Made by a program: the position numbers and the translations under genes. Positions 12,650 to 25,347 of a stretch of 64,000 bases of DNA are shown here, one piece after another (within the stretch, counting starts at the first letter, position 1; each line of letters begins with the position of its first letter). Source of the stretch: Octopus sinensis (Eukaryota); contig NC_043020.1 of NCBI RefSeq assembly GCF_006345805.1, positions 16,058,001-16,122,000 of the forward strand, in the 5' to 3' direction. The notes under the pieces are model-generated. The model was not told the origin of the DNA, did no database searches, and saw nothing but the letters and a program-made list of their open reading frames with translations.

Positions 12650-12944
12650 GATGATGATGGTGACAACAACAATGACGACGCCAATGTTGAGGATGAGGTG
12701 ATGCTGGTTGTGATGGTAGTAGAGTTAGTGGTCGCAGCCATGATGGTCTTAGAAGTGATGGTGGTGGTGGCGGTGGCGGCAGTGGAGGTGATGGCTTTGG
12801 TAGTGAAGATGGTGCTGATGATTATGATAATGATGATAATGATTATGATGATGACAATGAAGATGACAGTGATGCTTACAATGACAATGATGATAACTAT
12901 GATGATAATGACGATGGTGGTGGTGGTGGTGGTGGTGGTGATGA

Positions 12945-12978
<34 letters not shown>

Positions 12979-13037
12979 GGTGGTGATGGTGGTGGTGGTG
13001 GTGATGGTGGTGGTGGTGGTGATGGTGGTGGTGGTAG

Positions 13038-13068
<31 letters not shown>

Positions 13069-13175
13069 GATGATGACAATGATGATGATGGTAGTGATGA
13101 TGATAATGATGATGATGATGATGATGATGGTAGTGGTGGTGGTGGTGGTGATGACGATGGTGGTAGTGGTAGTGA

Positions 13176-13209
<34 letters not shown>

Positions 13210-13238
13210 GGTGGTGGTGGTGGGATGGTGGTGGTGGT

Positions 13239-13270
<32 letters not shown>

Positions 13271-13475
13271 GGTGATGATGACAATGATGATGATGGTAGT
13301 GATGATGATAATGATGATGATGATGATGATGATGGTAGTGGTGGTGGTGGTGGTGGTGATGATGGTGGTGGTGGTGGTGGTGGTGGTGGTGATGATGATG
13401 ATGGTGGTGGTGGTGATGGTGATGATGATAGTGGTGGTGGTGGTGATGATGATGATGATGACGATGATGATGACG
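12650..13475. repeat. Compound (GAT)n/(GGT)n microsatellite
   Basis: Direct reading. Internal re-duplication of about 200 bp (about 13035-13220 vs 13240-13400). Confidence 0.95.
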
Positions 13476-14309
13476 AGAATGCTAAACAAGAATGGTTAAT
13501 ATAACAATGCTAATGAGTTCAATGATTGCAATGATAGTTACAGTCTATTGTTTGTCTGTGGAGTTAACGAGAATGACATCATCAGTCAGTGTATGATGAT
13601 TTCTATGACAGGCCAGACGAAGAGAGATGCAGTATTAAATTTCCCAATGGCACTCTCTGCCATAATAACATATAGTTAAGCACTGAGTGACATATCTTAT
13701 TATCACGTACCAAATGGAATTTCTTAATAAATTGAATTTTCATGTCCAAGACTATAATAGAAGACACTTGTTCTTCAGTTCCATAGTGTGGCTCTTTGGA
13801 CAAGTGTCGTCCATTGTAGCCTTGGGTAGAACAAAGATTTATGAGTGTATTTAGTAGATGGAAATTGAAAGGAAGCTGCCATATTCTAGTTTTTACTTGT
13901 TCTAGTCATTAGACTGCGGCCCATGCTGGGGCACTGTCTTGGAGAATTTTAGTCAAACAAATCAACACCAGGACTTTTTTTTAAAGCCTGCTACTTATTC
14001 TATCAGTTTCTTTTGGCCTAACCATTAAGTTCCATGCAACATAAACAAACCAATGCCAGTTGTCAAACAGTGGTGGGGTCAAACACAATCACAAAAACAC
14101 ATACACACAGAGACACACACGCATACACATTATTTATAAATCGATTTGGCTCCAAGCAATGTACAGTTTCACAAGCCTCTAACAGAAGCTTGTGAAATTT
14201 TAAGTAAGTTACATGGAACTAGATCAAACTGTAACCCCCACTAAATGAGTTGAGTGCCCTTTTCTTTCATTTCTTCACTCACTCTAATATATATATATAT
14301 ATATATAAA

Positions 14310-14463
14310 TTTAAATAATAAGGGTGAATAATTGAATATTAATTTGATTAATATCAATTTAAAACCAGTGGCTTAGCATATTGAAAAATCTGAAGATTCA
14401 GAAAAATTATATTACATAAATATAAAAGGGATGACCACTAAGTGGACATCCATTATGCTAGAG
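14310..14463 (-). mobile_element. Fragment of Penelope/retrozyme-like element carrying the shared structured RNA motif
   Basis: Adjacent to (TA)n. Complementary pairs TAGCATA/TATGCTA (14374-80, 14454-60) and GGATG/CATCC (14429-33, 14447-51). Confidence 0.55.
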
Positions 14464-14499
14464 GTAGACCCCATATAGTATCTTTTCATTTGCCTTGCT

Positions 14500-14712
14500 C
14501 GCTTATGTTCTTTTTGTTCGATGATATTTTTTTGTCCAACGACAAACTCTATCAATAAAATTCTCAATGATTATTTGATTTTGATGTTCATCTTGCTTTC
14601 TAAAGAGCTTATTTAAAATTGGACAAAAAAATCATTAGCTAAAAAGACATCGGATCAAAAGATGTAGACGAGGAGATATTGAACAAAGTGACATTGGACG
14701 AAAAGTCGGGCC
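14500..14712. mobile_element. Non-autonomous DNA transposon fragment with inverted about 15-bp subterminal arrays
   Basis: Shares the core CTATCAATAAAATTCTCAATGATTATTTGATTTTGATGTT with 54370-54700. GGACxAAA repeats face TTTxGTCC repeats. Confidence 0.6.
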
Positions 14713-14733
14713 ATGTATATATATATATTATAT

Positions 14734-14853
14734 ATATTAATAGTTATCGCCATACTAATATGGCAGTCTATAAATATAAGACTAAAGCTGTCGCTGATTA
14801 GCTTTAGTCTTATATTTAGACTGCCATATTAGTATGGCGATAACTATTAATAT
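14734..14853. repeat. Near-perfect 54-bp hairpin in a (TA)n-embedded element
   Basis: Arms 14734-14789 and 14800-14853, 10-nt loop, one TA indel. Confidence 0.95.
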
Positions 14854-15014
14854 CCAGTAACGCTGCCGTAATCTCCTTTAGAGAGACTTAGTAATTTTAA
14901 TATTTATATATATATATATATGTACTGTGTTCTTTTTGTTTGTTTGTATGCATGTGTGTGTGTTTGTATGTGTGCACGTTTGCATGTACATCTGTATGTA
15001 CTTCTGTGAACTTC

Positions 15015-15395
15015 ACATGTTTCCGGGTTCAGTCCCACTGCGTGGCACCTTGGGCAAGTGTTTTCTGCTATAGCCTTGGGCCGACCAAAGCCTTGTGAGT
15101 GGATTTGGTGGACGGAAACTGAAAGAAGCCCAATATATATATATACGTATATATATATGTATGCGTATGTATATGTTTGTGTGTGTCAGTGTTTGTCACC
15201 CCAACTCGCCTGACAACCGATACTGGTATGTTAACGTCTCTGCAACTTAGCAGTTCGGCAAAAGAGACTGATAGAATAAGTACTAGGCTTACAAAGAATA
15301 AGTCCTGGGGTCGATTTGCTCGACTAAAAGGTGGTGCTCCAGCATGGCCGCAGTCAAATGACTGAAACAAGTAAAAGAGTAAAAGAGTAAAAGAA
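15015..15395 (+). mobile_element. tRNA-derived SINE family A
   Basis: GGTTCAGTCCCACTGCGTGGCACCTTGGGCAAGTG...TGACTGAAACAAGTAAAAGAGTAAAAGAG tail. Confidence 0.9.
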
Positions 15396-15794
15396 TCCTA
15401 CAATGGACTGGCATCCCATCCAGGGGAATATATGCGCCATAAAACTGGAAAACTGATGACTTATGAGTTGGTATGACTCAAAAAGGGAACTTTGCCTTGA
15501 CCTTTGCTTTTAGCATTCAGATTATCTTGCCAAAACTAATGCTTATTTATTCACATTGTTTTGATTTAATCATGTTTTATCTCAGCTTCACAATTTTGAT
15601 GATTGATTGTTTATTTTTATGATTGATTATTTATTTTTTGAATGACATAAGTGTGAGTGGTCAGATCTGGCCAGTTTGAACAAAAAACAGTTAGAATATT
15701 TGGGCTTGATATCGTAGTTGTCGTCGTCGTTGTTGCCGTCATCGCCGTCGCTGATGTCGCTGGCGTCGTCATCATCGTCGTCGTCATCATCATC

Positions 15795-16020
15795 ATCATC
15801 ATCATGATCGTTTAACGTCCACTTTCCATGTTAGCATGGGTTGGATGATTTGACTGAGGACTGGCAAACCAGATGGCTGCACCAGACTCCAATCTTGATC
15901 TGGCAGAATTTCTACAGCTGGATGTCCTTCCTAACGCCAACCACTCAGTGAGTGTAGAGGGTGCTTTTATGTGCTACCGGCACGAGGGCCAGTCAGGTGG
16001 TACTGGCAACGGCCACGGAA
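15795..16020 (-). mobile_element. RTE-type 3' end
   Basis: (CAT)n-CGTTTAACGTCCACTTTCCATG end. Confidence 0.8.
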
Positions 16021-17224
16021 AAATCATGTTTTTGTTTTTTATGGCTGGTTTAAATACTAACGGGTTTAAAAAAGCCTCTGTAAGAACCTGGAATTTAGCT
16101 CTCTTGAGCAGATTACTGTTAATATAGGACTTTCAGTAGATGGAATATAAGATGACAAACTGGATCACCATAAAGAGACGTCTGTATCTCATTGGATTAT
16201 AGTGATAAATACTTGTACAACACGAGTACCATTTTCTGAGTCTGTGATTAGCACCTAATAACAAGCTGTAGCAAGATGACCAGTAATCACATGAAACTGA
16301 AAGTTTTACATCAGAGAATCACTCTCTTAGAAGGATGCTCTGACAACAGTTAGGGTTCTGTCACTTCATCTGGTTTTTATTTACAAGTTAATTAACCCAT
16401 AGCTGGGAGTCTATAACTTTAGATCAGTGTAGACCTCGGTACAACAGAGGCTAACATTTTCAAGTGTTTGTCTCTATGTATTGTTAAATTCACACCAGTA
16501 CAATGATGATTTTTTTTTTGTTTTCCAGAACTAAAATTTCTGGGATCAGTTCCATATGCAAAGATATGAATTAAAATACCTTAACTGAAAGCAAGTGTGG
16601 CCATCAGCAAGAGCATGGTATGCAGCATCAAGGAATTTTCCTCAGCAAATGCAACCAGAGGAAAAGCGGACATGTAAATGATGAAGTTGATAAACTTTGT
16701 AAAAATGAGATTACACTGGTGTAGAGTTCCAATGCATGCATGTATGTATATATGTGTGATTATGTGTTTATGTGTGTGTGTGTGTATGAGTGTGTGCATA
16801 GTTTTAAGCATTACAATACAGTAACCATTAAGAGGTTTACACTATAGATCTATTTTTCTGTTTTTTTTTTTACCTTGGTGGAATGATATCCTATCGACTG
16901 ATCTAGTTTCAACAGTGAATCATCCAAGGAAATTCTTGAAAAAAATTCTAGCATTTATAAACAACTGATTATCTCTTACTGCATCTCTTAAATGAACAAT
17001 TTGACAGCACATTTTATCTACGTTTTAATCAGTTTACTTCTGACAGGCCAAAAAGTGTGTTTAACAAAATAAAAATGATGTGGATGATGATGATGATGAT
17101 GATGATAATGATGTTGCTGCTGATAAAAATGATAATAATAATTAAAAATTCTTATGGTGCGAGGCCAGCAATTCCGAGGGATTGGGGCAAGTTGATTACA
17201 TTGACCCCCAGTACTTTACTGGTA

Positions 17225-18408
17225 CTCTTTTACTCTTTTACTCCTTTACTTGTTTCAGTCATTTGACTGTGGCCATACTGGAGCACTACCTTTAGTTGAT
17301 CGAGCAAATCAACCCCAGGACTTATTCTTTGTAAGCCTAGTACTTATTCTATTGGTCTATTTTGCCGAACTGCTAAGTTACGGGAACTTAAACACACCAA
17401 CATCAGTTGTCAAGTGATAGACATATATATATATATATATAGATATATATATATATATACATATATACGATGGGCTTCTTTCAGTTTCCATCTACCAAAT
17501 CCACTCACAAGGGTTTGGTCAGCCTGAGATAATAGTAGAAGACACTTGCCCAAGGTGCCACACAGTGGGACTGAAACCAGAACCATGTGGTTCGTAAGCA
17601 TGCTACTTACCACACAGCCACTCTTCTACAAAGAGTATAATATATAGATAAAAGATTTAAATCAAAAGTTGCCTCTATTGCAAAGTTTGAATTTTATTCA
17701 GCCTAACAGCATTTTTGCAATGTCAGTGAGTTGTTTATTCATTATGTCTATATACTTTAACCAAGCCAACACTATTTTGTATCAGAAGTGATATGAGTGT
17801 GTGGCATTAACAGGTAAAAAAAACAAAACAGTGAAATGCACATCTGTCCCTATCGCAGATGCTTCAGGGAGGATTTTGTTTTGTCTAGTTCTGAAGTATA
17901 TTGTTTTTAATGCAATACATCTACAAAGAGATTTTTTTCCAGATAAACACTGCACCTGCTGGCTTATCTACATTATAGATATGTTAGGAGTAAAGTATGT
18001 CATATATATATATTCTTTTATTTGACTGCAGCCATGCTGGAACAGTACCTTTAGTTGAGCAAATCGACCCCAGGACTTATTCTTTGTAAACCTTATTCTA
18101 TTGGTCTCTTTTGTAGAACTGCTAAGTTACAGGGGCATAAACACACAACCATCTGTTGTCAAGCGATGTTGAGGGGACAATGACAGACACACAAACATAC
18201 ACACACACACACACTCACACATATATATATATATATACATATATATATGATGGGGTTCTTTCAGTTTCCGTCTACCAGATCCACTCACAAGGCTATGGCT
18301 GACCTGAGGCTATAGCAGAAGACACTTGCCCGAGGTGTCACACAGTGGAACTGAACCCAGAACCTTGTGGTTGGTAAGCAAGCTATTTACCACACAGCCA
18401 CTCCTGCA
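17225..18408 (-). mobile_element. Two SINE family A copies (about 17225-17625 and 18020-18408)
   Basis: Reverse-complement head and tail sequences of family A. Confidence 0.8.
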
Positions 18409-20068
18409 CATATTAAAAATAAGAATGGGGAATTATGCATCCTGTCAGACTGAGATTTAGAATGGATACATTGTGTATAATAAGGAAATAAACAGGCTTT
18501 TGAAAATTCTTATTTTTAATGTGTGTGTGTGTGGTGTGTGTGTGTGTGTGGTTCCACATAAAAAGCACAGGTGCCAGCGCTAGTGCCATGTAAAAAGCAC
18601 CCAGATATATCATCATCATCATTATCATCGTCATTTAACATTTGCTTTTTATGCTGGTATAGGTTGGACTATTTGACAGCAGCTGGTAAGGCCATGGGTT
18701 GCATTGTCTGCTTTTGTCATGGTTTCTACTGTTGGATACCCTTCCTAATACCAACCCCTTTTTTTCAAGAATGTACTGGGTGCTTTTTACACGGCACTAG
18801 CACCAACAGCTGTACTTTTAGTGTGGCACCAGCACAAGTGCTTTTTATGTGGCACCACACACACACACACATGAAAGGCATTAGAAATAAGAATTTTATA
18901 AAGCCTGTTTATTACACTTTCATATACAATGTATTCGCTCTGAATCTCTGTCCAACAGGATGTATAATTCTCCATTCTTATTTTTAATGCCTTAAATATA
19001 CACTCTATGTACTGTATAAAAATCAAAGAAGCAAATTCAAGATTTACACATCAGGGTGAAATATCATGTCATTGTTTACTTTAAACAATTTCCTATTGTC
19101 CCATATCTTTTGATGGGGTTAGCCAGAACCTGGATTGCACTAGAGTGCTTGTTAGGTACCAGCCCAGATTTAAAATCCCTATTTGTATACATATATACAT
19201 ATACATACATGCAGTACCAGCATGGATGCCTTTATGTGGTACCAGCATGGGTGTTTTCTATGTAGCATCAGCACGGGTGCTTTTTATGTGGTGCCACCAC
19301 AAATACTTTTTCCATGACACCACTAACCACAAGCCCACATGATTAGGAATGCTCAGCTGAAGAGGGATGCAGGGGACATACCTGTATGAAAGGACAATCG
19401 TGCATTTACTTAACTCAACATAAGAGTGTATTCCCAGACGTGTATTTCTGACTCTTTAGCCTTCCTCAATGGGAAATATTAAAGAGAGATAACCCTTGGC
19501 AGATTTGAAGTCGTAGCTTTATCTAAAAACAGTCAACATCAGTGATGGACCACCTAGTGGGAATGAAAATATCAGCTTCAGCACCAAGCAGTGATGAAGA
19601 ACAAATGAACTTTAGGTTAGTTAATATATATTTATACACTGATACACACACACTCACACGTATATACACACACACACACACATATATAGTCCACAGATGA
19701 GATCCAGAGATTCTCCATATAGAAGACACTTAGTAATACTCAAAAAGATTCAAACTTACACACCGAATTCTTTACAGGGGATTGATTCCACAGGGTAAAG
19801 AAAGTTCTATAAGAGGGATCAAGTTGAGTGGATATAGACGCAATTATGTGGGTTAAATATAATATTGGTACTTAAAATGTCCATTGTCTGAAATTCTTCA
19901 TCTTCTGCTTTCTCTCGTTTTTCATATATACATATATACATATTTTATGTTTCCTGGCCAAACTATTATATTACATTTAATATATCTAATTCATTTATCT
20001 GCATAATTGCCTCTACAAATATACATAAATATATACATGCACACATACATATATACATACATACATAC

Positions 20069-20116
<48 letters not shown>

Positions 20117-20265
20117 TGTGTGTGTGTATGTATATATATATATTTATATATATATATGTGTGTGTGTGTGTATGTATGTATATATATATAATATATATAT
20201 AATATATATATATATATAGCTACGGCTACGGCGGTACATATTCTAAAATATATATATATATATAG

Positions 20266-20373
20266 CTACTAGCTACAGCGGTACATATTCTGAAAGTAGA
20301 GTGATACAGAGAAGATTAGCATGGCCCCTGTGCAAGGATAATATGCAAATTCGTGAAGCGTCCCATATTTTTT
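20266..20373 (+). pseudogene. U6: U6 snRNA pseudogene (full length, diverged)
   Basis: GATACAGAGAAGATTAGCATGGCCCCTGTGCAAGGATAATATGCAAATTCGTGAAGCGTCCCATATTTTTT matches the U6 ACAGAGA box, AGC triad, ISL and 3' U-tract. Several substitutions. Upstream is only (TA)n with no visible PSE promoter. Confidence 0.93.
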
Positions 20374-20572
20374 ACCATGCAGGTGGCACGTAAAAAGCAC
20401 CCACTACACCCACGGAGTGGCTGGCGTTAGGAAGGGCATCCAGCCGTAGAAACACTGCCAGATCAGACTGGGCCTGGTGCAGCCTTCGGGCTTCCCAGAC
20501 CCCAGTTGAACCGTCCAACCCATGCCAGCATGGAAAATGGACATTAAACGATGATGATGATGATGATGATGA
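20374..20572 (+). mobile_element. RTE-type 3' end fused to the U6 T-tract
   Basis: ACCATGCAGGTGGCACGTAAAAAGCACCCACTAC...GGACATTAAAC(GAT)n, same strand as U6. Confidence 0.9.
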
Positions 20573-20987
20573 TATATACATATATATATATACATACACA
20601 TATACATACACATATACATATATATATATGGATATATCATCATCATCATCATCATCATCGTCATCGGAAAGCGGACGTTAAACGATGATGATGATGATGA
20701 TATATCCATATATACATATATATATACACACACACATATATATATATAAGTGAGTTTGGAGGGATATATTATCCAGATGGATGCTGTATTAGTTCCCAGT
20801 TATGTTCCAGTTAACGGCTTACCACAACAATCAGTATTCAATGTCTGTGACTACAATTTGTTGCTAGTCACTCAGTGAATTCTTCCAATGCTCCATAATC
20901 TCTATTATTAATGATATTATATATATATACATATATATACATATACATATATATATACATATACATATATATATGTATATATAAATG

Positions 20988-21021
<34 letters not shown>

Positions 21022-21350
21022 TGTATATATATGTATATATATATATGTATATATATGTATATATATATATATGTGTGTATATATATATATGTATATATTT
21101 ATGTATATGTATGTATCATTGAAACACGCAATTCTTATTTTAGTAGAAATCTCCAAAGCATTGGGATTTTTCAAAAGAATCTTATCTGACTATCAGTGAC
21201 ATGGAAGTATAGAGAATCTCTACAAATTACATTAAAGTTTGGTTGTCAAGCTGCATGGAGGAATTAATTATTCAGCTACCAGTTTAAATGGGTTGCATTT
21301 GATTGAAAATGTCAGATCTTGGCTTGTTTTTGTTTTCTCTGTATGTGTAT

Positions 21351-21410
<60 letters not shown>

Positions 21411-22035
21411 ATTTTCTCTTTGGTTTGGTTTGGTTTGGTAATTTTTTTTCCTATAAATTTCCAACTTTGAGTTGAATAATGTGTTAAACTTAAGTTGATG
21501 AGGTTTTTTTTCTTTCTTCTTTCATGTCCCTCATTGTTCCACATTTTTTTTTCCTCCTCAAACAAGTTGTATGAAATAATTTGACCTAACAATCTATTGC
21601 AAAAAAAAAAAAAAATCTATTAGTCTTTGGAATATTATGAAGCATTGTTTCGAAAATGTAGATTGAAAGCAAAAAAAATGTATAATTCCATAGACAATTT
21701 GGTAAATAAATGAATAAATAAATGCCATAGTTTTATGTTGCTCTCGTCAAAAACGTGAGAAATGTTAGAATTCAATTATAATTGCATTTATATCTAGAAT
21801 GCTTTATAGGAAGAATATTAAATTCATTCCACTACTTGACTATGTTTTATTTCATTGATCCTAGAAAGATAAAAGGCAAAGTTGACCCCAGCAGGATTTT
21901 GGACTCGGTACATAAAGAACTATAACTAAATACTGTATCACTGTGAGCTTAAGAAGTTTGCTTTGCAATCATATGGTCTTTGGTTCAATTCCATTGCATG
22001 TCACCTTTGGCAAGTATTTTTGATCATAGCTTCTA

Positions 22036-22600
22036 TTGGGTTTTCCGGAAAGTTCGTGCCGATTTTTAAAGGAAAGAAAAAGGTCAAGAAATACTTGTCA
22101 TTACATTTTTAATCAACCAAATATGAACCATTTTGTTGAACAATGCATCTCCATCTTTCCTTTAACTTGAAAATACCCTCTTCCCAGAATTGAGGTGGTT
22201 TCATGGCAAAGAATTCATCAAGGTATCTTTTTACGTCCTCCAAGGAATTGAAATTTTTACCATTAAGACTATTCTGCAGAGACCTGAATAAGTGGAAATC
22301 CGAAGGAGCACTATCTGGTGAATATGGAGGGTGGCATAACACATCCCAGCTGAGCAGCAGCAATTTTTGTCTGGTTCCCAAAGCATCAAGTGCCGAAAAT
22401 GAACTTTCTTATCTTCCATTTTAAAGGGTTACGGAATTAACACAGGTTATAGAAACATAAACCTTCTTTGATTAAAAGATAGCTTAAACTGTGCTCTAAA
22501 TGGAGGTGTAGTCAAATCCTATTTATGGACTCAACCATGTTCTAAAATAAGTCGAAATGTAAGCTACTATAAATCAGCACGAACTTTCTGGACAACCCAA
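22036..22600 (-). mobile_element. Internally deleted mariner element, both TIRs and TA TSD
   Basis: 30-bp TIRs 22036-22065 and 22571-22600 with TA on both sides. N-terminus MEDKKVHFRHLMLWE is joined out of frame to the C-terminus HPPYSPDSAPSDFHLFRSLQNSL...GIFKLKERW. Confidence 0.95.
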
Positions 22601-23044
22601 TATTATATTTATATTTTTTATCTTTTATTTCTTACAGTCATTAGACTGTGGCCATGCTTGAAGTATTTAAAAATTTTTAGTCAAGTAAATCAATCCTGGT
22701 ACTTTTTTTTCCCTCCTTTTCTTTTAAGCTTGGCACTTTTTCTATCAGTCTCTTTGTCAAACTGCTAAGTTACAGAGATGTAAACACAACAGCATCAGTT
22801 GTCAAATGGTGGTGGTGATAAACACAGACACAAAAACGCACACACATACAGATATATACAAACATATGATGGGCTTCTTTCAGTTTCTATCTACCAAATC
22901 CACTCACCAGGCTTTCATCAGCCTAAGATTATCATAGAAGATACTTGTTCTAGGTGTCATGCAGTAGGACTGAACCTAGAACCATGTTGTTGGGCAGCAA
23001 GCTTCTTACTACACAGCTATGCCAGTGCTTATACACACACACAC

Positions 23045-23077
<33 letters not shown>

Positions 23078-23084
23078 ATATAAA

Positions 23085-23459
23085 ATAAATATAAGAGAGT
23101 GGTCACTATATGGCTCACTCTAGCACCAGTTAATCCAAAAGGTTTCAACCACAAAAATACATGTTTCCCATGAAAGTCAGTACGATTGTTAGCTCACACG
23201 GACAGGGCAAATAAAAAATAACAAAAATACAGATTATTTTGGGACAATTGTTTCGCTATTAATGAATTAAATGTAATTTTACTTACAAAAAAATCCACTT
23301 GTAGCTCGTCAGCCAAAACTATCTGGATGAAATCCACTCAATCACATGCCAGATTTTACCATAACGATAAATACGCGTGTGGTTCAATTGATTACATCCG
23401 ACGTTATAATTCAAATGCCCCAACTAACAGCGCGCCAAACTTTCACGGAAAACAAATAC
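23085..23459 (-). mobile_element. Penelope/retrozyme-like non-coding element ending in (TA)n
   Basis: Contains a canonical hammerhead and, about 115 nt downstream, an AGAGUG/CACUCU stem followed by CUU and an AU-rich end. Confidence 0.7.
23236..23319 (-). ncRNA. Type I hammerhead ribozyme (canonical core, GUC site)
   Basis: guuuugg CUGACGA gcua...uagc GAAA caauug UC ccaaaau. Stem I 7 bp, extended stem II, palindromic stem III. Confidence 0.88.
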
Positions 23460-23461
23460 TA

Positions 23462-23983
23462 CCCTAAATCCTCAAGTATAATCCGCATTTTTTCCCCAAA
23501 ATTTAAAGGTCAAAATCATTAGTGCATATTATATACAGGATTAAAAATGAAAATTTTTTTTCTAAGCAATGTCCGAGTCTCTATTTGCTGTCCGGCAATG
23601 TTTATTCAGAGCATTTTGTGATGCCGGGTGCAAAAACACCTTAAGCTAAGCCTGAAAGCAATGAAGTCATAAAAGAATCATCCATAACTTGCAGTAAGCA
23701 ACATTTATTAAAATAAAAGTATTCAGAACACATAATAACATATAACAAAAACAATTTGCAAACATATTTACATTCCCATATAACAGTTAAGAACATCCCC
23801 ATTATTGTATTACGCATGCGCAGAAGTGTTTGTTCAACTAGGTGCTACTGATTTAATTACGCATGACTCAAGTTAGAGAAGGGGTGCGTATTATACATGA
23901 GGTTCAGGTTTTTCAGAGGTACGGTCCCCTAAAAATCCCCTGCGTATTATACTCAAGGGCGGACTATACTCGAGGATTTACGG
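23462..23983. mobile_element. pogo/Tc2-type MITE with TA TSD
   Basis: TIRs CCCTAAATCCTCAAGTATAATCCGC and GCGGACTATACTCGAGGATTTACGG, with TA on both sides. Confidence 0.85.
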
Positions 23984-24212
23984 TACTACTAATAATAGTA
24001 ATTTCAAATTTTTTCCACAAGGCGTGTTTGGGGGAGGTGTGGAGGAGTCAATTACATCGACCCCAGTCTTCAAATGGTACTTATTTTATCGACCCTGAAA
24101 GGATGAAAGGCAAAGTCAACCTCGGCAGAATTTCAACTCATAATGTAGCAACAGGTGAAATACAGCTAAGCATTTCATCCAGCATGCTAACGATTCTGCC
24201 AGCTCAACGCCT

Positions 24213-24244
<32 letters not shown>

Positions 24245-24264
24245 AAACTACTACTACTAGTAAA

Positions 24265-24394
<130 letters not shown>

Positions 24395-24584
24395 GTAATA
24401 ATCCAGCATAAGTTCTGAAATTTGGGGGGATGTGGTAAGTCAATTATATCAACCTCAGTGTTTCACTGGTACTTAATTTATCAACCCTAAAAGGATGAAA
24501 GGCAAAGCTGACTATGGCAGAATAATAATGATAATGATGATGATGATGATGATGATGATGTTGATAACTATAACAATAATAATG

Positions 24585-24897
24585 ATATAACTCAAGGATG
24601 GAAGTCAACAAGCTTTGATAGAGATTTATCACATATGTTTCTGCACCCCAAATCAGCTTCAAGTTGTCAGGTTCATATTCATATAGTATTATGTAAGATT
24701 ACTCTTAATAATTACTATGCATTCGAATATCGTTCAACAACAGCTGTCTTGTGGATGCTTCATCGGGCAATTAGTAAGAATAATCTTACATAATGCTAAA
24801 TGAATACGAACCCAGCAACTTGAAATCGATGTGGAGTATAGAAATATATGTCATTATCCACTGTTAAAGCCAGTTAACTTCCATCTTTGTGTTATAT
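24585..24897. repeat. Diverged about 125-bp inverted repeat inside an (AAT)n tract
   Basis: Arms about 24585-24713 and 24769-24897, roughly 75% identical by eye. Confidence 0.8.
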
Positions 24898-24912
24898 TAT
24901 CATTACTATTAC

Positions 24913-24949
<37 letters not shown>

Positions 24950-25316
24950 GAGTGAGAGAGCAGTGCGTGCCATCAAAGTGACACTGGGGTAAAATATACG
25001 AAGCCAAACATACCCATCATGACTACCCGTTTAATAAGGGTACACTAGGCACATGCATCACAACCATATGTGTGCGACATGGTGATCTCATATCAAGATA
25101 AACAGCACATGACCTTGCAGCTGGGAACCAGTTAGAATTTTCTTCTGGTCGAGTAACCCATCCCACTCAAAAGGTCCCTGAATAAGGGTTGTTTAAGGAT
25201 GTTGAACAAAACATCCATGTTTCCAGAGGTGAATTATTCAAACCGCAAAGAATCCCTCACAACACATGGCTACGATGCTCTTGCACTACTTCTGCTCGTG
25301 ATCAGAGATGCACATA
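24950..25316 (-). mobile_element. 5'-truncated copy of the 555-bp (TAA)n-targeted non-autonomous element
   Basis: Reverse complement of about 49650-50015. Ends GCACTGCTCTCTCACTC(AAT)n. Confidence 0.85.
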
Positions 25317-25347
25317 AAAGAAATATTTCCTATCTATCTATCTATCT

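Noticed and set aside
12592-13504. Long ORFs encoding poly-His, poly-Thr/Ile, poly-Val/Met and Gly/Asp (also 40282-40924, 50284-51036, 63066-63964)
   Set aside because: They are stop-free readings of trinucleotide microsatellites, open in several frames on both strands, with no domain or splice context.
16874-16955. Minus-strand exon candidate MLEFFSRISLDDSLLKLDQSIGYHSTK followed by GTAAAA
   Set aside because: It is only 27 codons with a weak donor, no recognisable homology and no partner exons.
19688-19856. Possible hammerhead with very long stem II (uagucca CAGAUGA gaucca...uggau...uggguua)
   Set aside because: A stem I-like pairing exists, but the core is CAGAUGA and no GAAA or UH can be placed. 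At best it is a dead relic.
20266-20373. Functional U6 gene
   Set aside because: It has multiple substitutions in conserved positions, no visible upstream promoter, and is fused to a retroelement tail.
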